The notes below the pieces were generated by a model. The model was not told the DNA's origin and did not search any database. It worked only from the letters and a program-made list of their open reading frames with translations. This document shows, piece after piece, positions 13,280-24,100 of a stretch of DNA of 64,000 bases. The position numbers and the translations under genes were made by a program. Within the stretch, counting starts at the first letter, position 1, and every line of letters begins with the position of its first letter. The DNA is from Antedon mediterranea (lineage: Eukaryota; Animalia; Echinodermata): NCBI RefSeq assembly GCF_964355755.1, contig NC_092673.1, positions 1,302,001 to 1,366,000 on the forward strand. The letters are read 5' to 3'.

Positions 13280-13662
13280 CAGTTCATAATGTTACAGTTC
13301 ATAATGTTACAGTTCATAATGTAATACAGTTCATAATGTTACAGTTCATAATGTTACAGTTCATAATGTTACAGTTCATAATGTAATACAGTTCATAATG
13401 TTACAGTTCATAATGTTACAGTTCATAATGTTACAGTTCATAATGTTACAGTTCATAATGTTACAGTTCATAATGTTTCAGTTCATAATGTTACAGTTCA
13501 TAATGTAATACAGTTCATAATGTTACAGTTCATAATGTTACAGTTCATAATGTTACAGTTCATAATGTAATACAGTTCATAATGTTACAGTTCATAATGT
13601 TACAGTTCATAATGTTACAGTTCATAATGTTACAGTTCATAATGTTACAGTTCATAATGTTT
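13280..13662. repeat. 15-bp minisatellite CAGTTCATAATGTTA (with 17-bp variants)
   Basis: About 25 near-perfect tandem units directly abutting the CT array. Confidence 0.95.
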
Positions 13663-14109
13663 AACTGAACACGGTAAAAGTTCAATCATTATATGGAGAT
13701 GCAAAACAAAATAGGTAATAAAATTAAATAGATAGCGAACTACATGCAAGAGCGAAGGGTTGTCAACACGACTTCTTATATTGGCTGCCGTATATCTGTT
13801 AACAAATATGATTTAGTATATGAAAATAATTACCTAAATATATGCGGTACATTTCATTTCGAAACCCGAGCTGCACTGACTAGATCTAATAAGATTGAAA
13901 CAATACTGTCTGCAAATTGTATATATATCTTTTATTCCAGTCCACTAAGGCAGCGCTTGTCTGCTTTATATTCTGTCCAGGTACTCTCACTTTCACCGAT
14001 GAAGGGCTAGTGTCGCCCGAAAGCTGAAGAAATCCTGAAGGTTAAAATCCTGCATATTCAATCTTGGCGATTCAATCCGGAGATTTTGGTTACAATACTA
14101 TTTTTATTT

Positions 14110-17100
14110 TCAAGATCTTTTGTCAAAGAAAAGATTAAGTGTATTCTGATACATTATATCAGAAAGTTCAGTTGCATCTTCTCCTCTGGTTCCTGCCATA
14201 ACTTCTAAAACTTGCCTACAAATGAAAAAAAAAACCCCAATGTTTATCGTGTATGATAGCCTCTACAAAAAATGTATTGGAATTAGAGATACATCCTCTA
14301 ATACTCGATTCACACATGTAACATACAGTAATGTGACAAACTGTTTATGGATGTCTCTCAGGATAATCCGACTGAGTTACGATGCTTTCACACACTAGCT
14401 TGTCATAATAGTAATTTAAATTGCAGTGTAAAAAGCTTGTATTCAAATATGTGCAGACACCACTCTTGCATCAATGTTGTAATCAACTTGTTGCAACATG
14501 TTACATTGATAACACAGAAATGCTTTCATATATTTGTACTAAGGTAACAATTTCTACAATGCTTTTGTAAAATTGTTGTATTATTTGCTTTATAAAAGAT
14601 ATAAAGGATAACTTTACACAATGCTGCATAAATATATCTTACATAATGTGACATGGTTCATTGCGGCTTTTTACACATGACCCTTGTTCCCATTTTTCTT
14701 TTTTGCGTGTAGGAAAGGTAGTTTGTATGAACTTTGACCCAGCATGAGTAGGCCGAACTTCACACCATGGAGCATCTACAGAGATGATGTAAAAAAAAAA
14801 TTAATTATTTATGTAGTTAAATAGTTTTCCATTTTAGCTATGATATACAGTAGCATTGTAATATGGATGTCTATGCAATACACAGTATACAATACACTGC
14901 ACAATACCTGTACATTATACTGTACAGTATATTGTATACTGTACAGTATATTGTATACTGCACAGTATTGTATACTGCACAGTATATTGTATACTGCACA
15001 GTATAATGTATACTGTACAGTATATTGTATACTGCACAGTATATTGTATACTGCACAGTATATTGTATACTGCACAGTATATTGTATACTGCACAGTATA
15101 TTGTATACTGCACAGTATATTGTATACTGCACAGTATTGTATACTGCACAGTATATTGTATACTGCACAGTATAATGTATACTGTACAGTATATTGTATA
15201 CTGCACAGTATATTGTATACTGCAGAGTATTGTATATATATTGTATACTGCACAGTATATTGTATACTGCACAGTATATTGTATACATTATACTGTAAAT
15301 AAAAGAATTATTTCTAATAGATTAATAAATAGAAGTTTACAGTATAGTGCCAATTTGTAGAGAATTACTAAATCAAATAGATTATATGCAACAAAATAGT
15401 GTTGCTCAAAGTAAAGTCGCCATTTTTACCCGTTTCTATCATTAACCATTCAGCAGGTATGGAACACATTGCATCAATGTTTTCTTGTGTTTTCAACGAA
15501 CTAACAAACAAATAAAAATGACACATTTAGTCAAACAATTGGTTATTCAATTTAAATTTAATCTGATTTTACCATTCAGACCAACAGTCTCACAAGAAGT
15601 AATGAAGAAGATTTTAAAGAAGTAGTCTGGGACTGTTTAACTTACTCAGTCTAAAGAGAAGAGGAAGAATTTGATAGAAGTTAGGGGCAGTTTAACTTAC
15701 TCAGTCTAAAGAGAAGAGAAAGAATTTGATAGAAGTTAGGGACAGTTTAACTTACTCAGTCTAAAGAGAAGAGAAAGAATTTGATAAAAGTTGGGGGCAG
15801 TTTAACTAACTCAGTCTAAAGAGAAGAGAAAGAATTTGATAAAAGTTAGGGGCAGTTTAACTTACTCAGTCTAAAGAGAAGAGAAAGAATTTGATAGAAG
15901 TTAGGGGCAGTTTAACTTACTCAGTCTAAAGAGAAGAGAAAGAATTTGATAGAAGTTAGGGGCAGTTTAACTTACTCAGTCTAAAGAGAAGAGAAAGAAT
16001 TTAAGAGAAAGAATTTGATAGAAGTTAACTTAATTTACTTGGTCTCAACTTAACTACTGTAACTTACCAACCATTAATTCCAATATAAAGACCTAAATCT
16101 GTAAAGGCCTTTGCTTCATCCTTTGACCCATCAAAACTGTGAACCTAATCAAATTACAGTATCTCTTTAAGCTCTGTCTACACTATCAAACTAGTGCAAT
16201 GTGCCCAAATATGGTAGTGATATAACCCAAATATGGTATGGTATGGTATGGTAATATGTGATAGTGTACACAGAGCTTTAGTAGTAACAAATATGTGGGG
16301 CACTACAGACTCAAATCTAAAACAAGACTTAGACACTTCTGGGATGAGAAGGTGTAGTCTCTAAGTCATGTTTATTTTTTGTCAGGATTTTCAGATAAAC
16401 TCAGATTTTTTAACGGAAAAAAAAGAATGACTTTGAAAACGCATTTTATAAGAAAAGATAGTTGAAGACTACATACATACCACACCTCCTGTATATTTGT
16501 CTCGATTTCTCTTCATAATATCTTAACAAAAAATAAATGAAAACATTTATTCTTATGTTATTCTTATCAACTGCTAAATATTATCCTATTCAGACTGAAA
16601 AAAATTGGTGATAATGTTGGTAAAGAATCAATTGACTAATTTACATAATAATATTTCAGTTCAGTACTACTGATGTCATCCAAACTTGGGTCAATGTAAA
16701 ACCAAATTTGGAAGTGGGGTGAAAGGTCACTATTTTACCACGGACTGCCAATATCAATGACTTGATTTTAAATCTCCCAAAACAGAACACCTGGGACTAA
16801 CCAAATATGTCTACATTTCAGAAATTCCGGTACTCCGAATATGTTTTTAATGGTTAGGAAAAGATGTTCAGCATTGCGAAAGTCAACTGTATTTGAGAAC
16901 TCACCGATGAAATCGGTATGCGAGTTACGACAGTGAAGAAACATTGGAAGTTTTGACTTCTCTGCTAATTCCATCTGCTGCTCAAAATATCTATAAAACA
17001 AACAGAGGCAAGTCTATCCAAATCATACAGCAAATAAATAAAATACAACCAATAAAAATAATAACAAACTAAGAAAGCATCGTACAGAAAAAGTAGTAAA

Positions 17101-19936
17101 GTGGAAATAGTTGTACACTCACATAAAGAGAGCCAATGTTAGCATTCCACTGTTATGCATTCTAAATACATTGCGCCAAAACGAGAAACCATGTGTGTTA
17201 ATGATGAATGTTTACCAAATGAAGGCTCAACGGAGCTCACATTACTTTTTGTCAAAAAGGTACACAGAGCCTCATATAAGTCAATAATTTCTATATAAAA
17301 CTTACTTTAACTGCGTTTCTTTTGGACAAAAGTGTAACCTGTCATAATCTATAAGGTAAAGATATTAAATCTAATAGTCAACTTGATTCATATATTTATA
17401 TACAGCACAATAAAAAACAAATAGTTGAAAAATAAGGAAAAATATCTCTCATCGCTGTGTGAACCTACAGTATATCCAAGATTGGTAATATTATTTTTGA
17501 CAACCTAGTAACAAGCTGGGTCATGTCAATCCATTCTGCGCATGTTTCTAGGTCCAGACGTTGACCGAAGATCATCAATATATAAGTTGCATGGCGTCAC
17601 AAATTGAAAGGTCTCTAGTACCCAGGCAATCTAACAACATGACACTGAACTCGCCTTGCCAAGATAGGAACTTGTAACAGTCTTATGTTTGGCTGCGACA
17701 AATACCAACAGTACTGTTACTATGTACATATTCTCTACGGCGCGTGGTAACTGTTAAGGGCGTGGAACTGATCGTACCGCAACCAAAGATGAACTCTTTG
17801 AACACCAGAGGTCAGCTTTCTGTTGTTAGATTGCCTTGTTAGTACCGATTGAGAGCATGGCTGCTAAAAGGGAGATAAAAGTGTAGCAATCTATACCAAT
17901 ATGTTAAATTGAGAGTATATACCTAGACCACATTCACCTACAGCTACAACTTTGCCTTCTGCACCATTGATTAATCCAAGCAACTTCTGCATGTAGTTCT
18001 GTGATCCTTCATTCTCAAATTCACTGCATCTTGTAGGATGACATCCTACTGTACTGTATAAAGCATCTATATGAATTAAAAAATATTGAATATTCATAAT
18101 AAAGACACTATCCCTACAATTGTTGATGTTTTGTAAAAATAACGCATATACTTTAAAAACAGGTCATTCCTTGTCTTAAATGCACATGTTACGGTAAATT
18201 ATGATAAAAAGAGAGAAACAATGCACTACGCAAGTAGCTCACATCGAATGTCCTCTCGTGGACAGTTTTATATTATCAAAAATTGGTGCGTAACTGTGTA
18301 GGCCAGGAACTGACTTGAAATTGCCAACTTGTTTGATAGAGGAAGCAGCCATATTGGACAGTCCATCTCCACAGTGGGACATTATTTGAGCTGTAATGTT
18401 GTCCCTCTAATTGTATAATACAACCTCTATGTATCAAAATGAATGATGATCTCATAAAATGTATGTAAAAATGTAAGATGATGTTTTTAAAATAATTTAA
18501 ATGTATATACCATTTGTTTTTGCTAGCTCCAATGCCAATTTGCTGTCCTCAAGGTTACCTCCAGTTATTATCATCTATAATGTAATAAAAAAGATTAAGT
18601 ATTCATTAAGATAAAAACCAATATAAACATATCATATTGAAACAGGTTTTCACATATGTCTTCAATTTCGGTTTATTATTTCAGAAAAGCCTAATTATGT
18701 ATTAAAGGCAATGGTACACATAAGATAGAAAAACAGAAAATGAAATATTTCAAAAAAGGACACACAAAGCAGGAAACTATTGCACAAACTTTGTTGTAAG
18801 CATACATTAAGCTCTGTCTACAGTCACTATCAAACATTATGTGAAAAAAAAAATGTGATGTGCCCATATATGGACATAATGATATCACTACCATATTTGG
18901 GCACATCACTAGTTGCAGTTTTTCTTGAAGAGTAAAATTAATTGTTTAATATATTACAGTTAAAATAATTACAATTGCATACAATACCTTTTGAATGCCC
19001 ACATTATGAGCTCTTTGTAAAACTTCAAGTAAGTCATCTAAGGATAATTTAAAAAAAGGACAAATAGCATTAATAATTCTAATTGAGATGTCTGATATTA
19101 TTTTTTAATTTTAAGTGAACTATGATTTAATCACAATTGTTTTTGTTTGAAAATACATCTTATTTTCATATCAATTCATGGTAAATATTTATTTAGTATA
19201 AAATAATAGTAAAAAAATGTTAAAAATTGTTATATACCTTGATGTCGTTGTTTCCCGTGATAAAGTCCTCTGAAAACTTTATCTAAGGAAATAAAAGATT
19301 ATATTTAAAACTTTTTAGTGAGCATCTTTGCTAGTACTATACTACACAATACACAGTAGAAATCTAAATTTACAAACTATTTATTAAACAGCTCTTTTTT
19401 AAGTGTTGGTAAACAACTTACCTGTCAGATTTACACCAATATCTGCAAAACAATACAAAATTACTTTATAAATTAGTCTCCGTGACTGTGTTCGAGTAGT
19501 CATTAACAAACAAGTATATTAATTATAACAATTATAATAATAATAATAGTATGCCTACTACTACTCTACTCTACTGTCTGTACTACTCTTCTCTAGGCCC
19601 CTAGTAGGCCTAGCTAGGCTAAAATTAGATTAGGAGGCCTAGTAGACCTGCTGGGCCTAGTTAGCCTGCTCTACTCTACTAGTACTAGAGGATCCGTACT
19701 AGATAGGGCTGGGTGGGCCTACACACAGGCTACTACCTTTAGTATGCCTAACTAGCCTAGCTAGCTAGTGTAGTAGTAACTAGCCTAGCTAGCTAGGCCT
19801 AGGCCTAGAATAGATGCACATTTTTTAGCAGTTTAAAGTCGCGTAATTACAAAAAAAAACAATTGGCCTACTTTCTTAAATTACTTAGGTTATAATAATT
19901 ACCAATTAATTTTAAAGTTGTTATTTGCTTAGCCAT
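14110..19936 (-). CDS. TATDN1: TatD DNase domain-containing protein 1, 13 exons
   Basis: Exons 19903-19936, 19422-19442, 19238-19282, 18988-19037, 18511-18574, 17923-18066, 17306-17348, 16905-16990, 16481-16521, 16068-16144, 15430-15500, 14643-14775, 14110-14215. Motifs [69 protein letters not shown]. An alternative in-frame ATG lies at 19951. Confidence 0.95.
14880..15297. repeat. 19-bp palindromic minisatellite in TATDN1 intron 11
   Basis: Unit CACAGTATATTGTATACTG (CAGTATA and TATACTG are inverted); about 20 units. Confidence 0.95.
15632..16028 (-). repeat. 55-bp minisatellite (7 units) in TATDN1 intron 10 carrying complete splice signals on the transcribed strand
   Basis: Minus-strand unit CTGCCCCTAACTTCTATCAAATTCTTTCTCTTCTCTTTAG-ACTGA-GTAAGTTAAA; period 55. 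Confidence 0.95.
16170..16277. mobile_element. MITE family B (PIF/Harbinger-like, TTA TSD); other copies at ~18810-18915, 22680-22750, 26146-26270, 40090-40237, 45897-46059, 46345-46472, 47212-47370, 55217-55360, 61855-62010, 62569-62705
   Basis: TTA|AGCTCTGTCTACACTATC ... GATAGTGTACACAGAGCT|TTA with internal CCAAATATGGTAGTGATAT repeats. Confidence 0.8.
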
Positions 19937-20156
19937 CGAATCACATGCCATGTGCGCCAGATTAAATTATTATTATTATGTGACTGAAAGTTCAAGGGTT
20001 ACGTTCACGCTCGAATGCGTTTCTAAAGTCAACAAAAGAGGAAGGTGGTGCTAGTGGTTGCTTCTTATTTTTAGGCCTAACTTAGTGGAAGGACGATCAC
20101 AGCACAGGTAGTTGTTATATCCTGTTTGACGTGGTGTATAACACAAGGAAGTAAGT
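19937..20156. promoter_or_regulatory. Probable bidirectional promoter of TATDN1/MFSD10, with MFSD10 non-coding first exon (donor GAA|GTAAGT at 20150/20151)
   Basis: Head-to-head genes; a strong donor on + about 200 bp from the TATDN1 ATG; a matching acceptor TTAG at 21161-21164 just before the MFSD10 ATG. Inferred, with no transcript data. Confidence 0.5.
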
Positions 20157-21175
20157 ATACTCTATATACACTATAATAATCTATATTAAATATTTGTAAT
20201 GGCGTACACAGTTAGGTAGGCTAGGCCTAGGCTTAGTATAGTAGTATGTAACGCGTTTATAACGTGTGCAGACAGTGCAGATGATCCCCGTGCAGATCAC
20301 AAGATCACATTTTTAGCCTCTAAAAAAGTGTACGTGGTAGGTCTTCGATAGGAAATGGGACATCCAATCAAAATAGTAATAGGATTAGAAAAGTGAGACA
20401 GTCGCTATTTTATTTTAATGATTTACCCTTTTTTCTTTGTAATATTTTTCTTTCCAATATTACATTTTATTTATAAAAATATTGTTTATAGAATAGTATA
20501 CTTACTACCTAGAACTAGGAGGCCTCAGATAGACAATAGGCCTATTATATTGTTAATAAATCATAAGCTTCTTAAATTTCTTTTATTGAATAGAAGTGTA
20601 TCAATGATGACAATGCACAAAATGCTATTATGTTTCATTCATCCTGTATGAGGAACTAAACTAAAACTTATGAATGAATGATTTGTACTTTTAATATTTT
20701 ATTTATGTGTGTCAGGAGTCGCAGCTACTGTATTTAAATAAAAGAAATATAGTATTATTTGTATTAGGGCCAACTCTCTAACTAAGTAAAAAGTTTGGTA
20801 AATGTCCTACAAAGACTAAATGCTATTAAGAGTTACTGTGTCAGCATGTACTGTTCAACCTTATGGTGTAGATATAATAAGAGCACTCTGAGATCATTTA
20901 AAGTATGCTATAACAATGCCTTGTATTGTATTGTTTGCTGCTGAAGCAGCTTAGAAAGTGATAGCATGTTGTTTGTTTTAAATGAAATTCCATCCAAAAA
21001 TTGAATAATTGTTTCAATATCATAGAGATAGAATAACCGAAGCTTTGGATTTAGAATATTTAGATTTTTTATTTCATTGCCCTTAAATTTAACAGGGAGT
21101 TGTAAAATAAGAACTCCCTGAATTTAAGTAGTAAATTTTGGTCGTTTTTTCCTTGTTGGATTAGAGAGAAAGAGA

Positions 21176-24100
21176 ATGGCTGGATCAGCACTTTCAGAAA
21201 AGAAGGAGATGGCTGGTGTTGACAAAGAGAAGATGTCAGGAATGGTGAAGATAGTGTTTGTATCACTACTCCTTGATCTGTTAGCCTTTACCATGATTCT
21301 TCCATTGCTTCCTTCTCTACTCGACTACTATGGTAATACTGATCAGGTAAAGGTAAAACTTTGTTTAAAACACTACAGTTATATTATCAAATTGTAATCA
21401 GTCAAAATATTGAATCATATCACAAGAATATTTAGTATTTTATGACTATTAACTGCTATTTTAACAGAGTTTAACATAAAAAAAATGCTTTTAAGTACAG
21501 TTATACTTCCTGTGTCAGACAATTAATAATAATAATATAAAAGTTCTCGTATAAGCGCCAAATTCCAAAGAATGGATCATTGCTCATGGCAATGTGGACT
21601 CTGATGTTAAACTTTTCAACTACATGCTTCTTCCCTAAGGGTCATGTCAGTGCAGCCACTTTAAAGAGCTCTCATCTGTCGACAACACAGTGGCTGTGTA
21701 ACCCCCTACTCATCTCAAAAGATGTACTAAGTTCTTTAAAGTGCACATGAGCCAGATGTGTACACTGGACCTATGGTTTACAGTCTTTATCCGAGAAGAC
21801 TTGTTTTACCACCAGTGAGCCTCGAACCCTACCGTTGTTATGTCTACGTAATTACGGTTCCACTGACTGTCTTAACAGCTCGGCCACTCACGCAATAGCA
21901 TTATGTTTTATTTTAATGTTTTTTACAGAGTGGATTGTACACCAGTATGCTGTCCTCATGCACTGCATTCAGAGAACTCCTGGGAATACCTGACACAGAG
22001 AAATATAATTCAGTACTGTTTGGAGGTATACAGCTATATTCAACTCTTTAATATCTGTTTTAAATAATTTATATTATACTTAAGTCATTTCTGGTCACAT
22101 ATGGAAACATACTTCCATATAATACAGCTAATTATCAGTGCAAAGTTGTGTCTTGACCTTACCAGGTACCCATTTGTACACCTGGGTGAACAGAGGCAAA
22201 CCTAAGTGTCTTGCCTAAGGATGATACAAGCAATGTGACAAGCGTTGGATTCGAACCCAAGATCTCACAATCAATAGTCCAACATCCAAAACACTGTGCC
22301 AAACGCCTATATGACCAAGTGTAACCTCATACTTGAGTATATAAATCCATTGTTTTCCCATAATTCCCTTAATGTTATACCCAGAGCCATATGCAGGTCA
22401 TATTTACAAAATGAAGACGTTAGTCAAGTTTATGATTATTTCTAATTTGCAGGCATTATAGGTTCGTTGTTCAGCTTTCTTCAGTTTATAATTTGTCCAG
22501 TTTGTGGAGCTGCTTCTGATTATTATGGTAGAAGACCACTCATGATCATATCAATGGTAAATACAAACAATGAATACTGTATTTAAATCAATATTCACTG
22601 ATGTGAGCAAAATAATTAAATCTTCAAAAATGTTTTCATCTGGTTTTATATAATCTTTACGTTAAACCGTAACAAGATACATACGTGTGCCACATTTCAA
22701 CCTGTTTCTTTTTTTTTGTCACATAAAGTTTGATAGTGTAGACAGAGTTTATATATAAAGTACTTTTTTTTATGCCTTTTTTACATTCTATCTGTATATG
22801 CATTAGACCAACAAAGATGAATTGAACAAGATGTTTTCTTTCCTCTTCAGATTGGGATTGTCGCTTCTTACATACTGTGGGCCTTGTCACACAATTTTAC
22901 TATCTTTGTTCTAGCAAGGATCGTTGGAGGCCTCAGTAAAAGTAATGTTAGTCTAAGTACTACTATTGTAACAGATGTTTCTTCAACGAAAACACGTGGG
23001 AAAGGAATGGTAAGATTTCAGGAACTTTTGGCAATTCCAGGGCCGTAGCCAGGATCTGTCAAGGTGGGGTTCAAACACTAAAGCTTGGTTCCCACTTGAA
23101 CGTAACGCAAGGACGTAAACGCAACGCCAGCGTTTTAACCAATGACAAGCGAAGTTATAGACAGTTAGCAATCACAAGCGAATAAGCCATCGCTTGTGAT
23201 TTGTCAATTCACTTGCGTTGCGTTACGTCTTTGTGTTGCGTCGCTAGTGGGAACCACGCTTAAGTATTTGAGCCACAGGCCCTTATGGCACACATATTTG
23301 GAGGATTTTCAGAGATGTGATGAGGGTATTGGGCATGTCAGGGATGGTGGTTTGCAGTTGATTAAGGGGGTTCGCTGTAAATTCGCTGTAAATTCTTTTG
23401 AATTTTTACTTTGTACGTTTTTTACAGAATTATCCAGCTGTTGGCTGCCTTCTGTTTGTACTATTTATGTGTTCTTTTTATGAATAAATACCTATATAAT
23501 TATATATAAAGTGGGGTTCACCCAACCATAAAAAACCCCCTGGCTACAGGCCTGAATTCAGTTATGGTGTTAAAAGATTATTGAAAGATAGTTACTTTTA
23601 CTCCTTTCTACAATCATCATGCCATATTGCTTTTGTAATATAAATTATATATTATATTTCTTTCCAGGCACTTGTTGGTATTGCCTTCTCTATAGGTTTC
23701 ATTGTTGGGCCTCTCATTGGCGCCTTCTTTGCTAGTCGTGGAGTCGGTGAGGGCACCGCATTCTATGTGAAGCCTGCATTGCTTGCCCTGACCCTGGCAA
23801 CGGCTGACCTACTTTTCATAATAGCCTTTATGAAGGAGACACTACCAGAAGGAAAACGGGTAAGACATTTGTCATTATTTTGTTACAGTTTGGTTTAGTT
23901 GTGTCATTCATAACTTACCAGGATAATTTTATGTTAGCATTTTTTATCTGGGAAGATTGCTTTAACTTCAAAATAATTAATAAAATACCCCTATATATAC
24001 ATGGTATAATATAAGAAGAAACTTTTGAAACAAGGTATTATTATTGATTTGATCATTATTTTTTCATCTTTGTTATATCAATTTGTTCATTTTTTCAGGC

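Noticed and set aside
12436-13386. Long F/L/S-rich ORFs (316, 271 and 194 aa)
   Set aside because: They are open in all three frames only because the CT minisatellite lacks stop codons; no real protein features.
14809-15360. YTVQYC-repeat ORFs on both strands
   Set aside because: Translations of the 19-bp intronic minisatellite.
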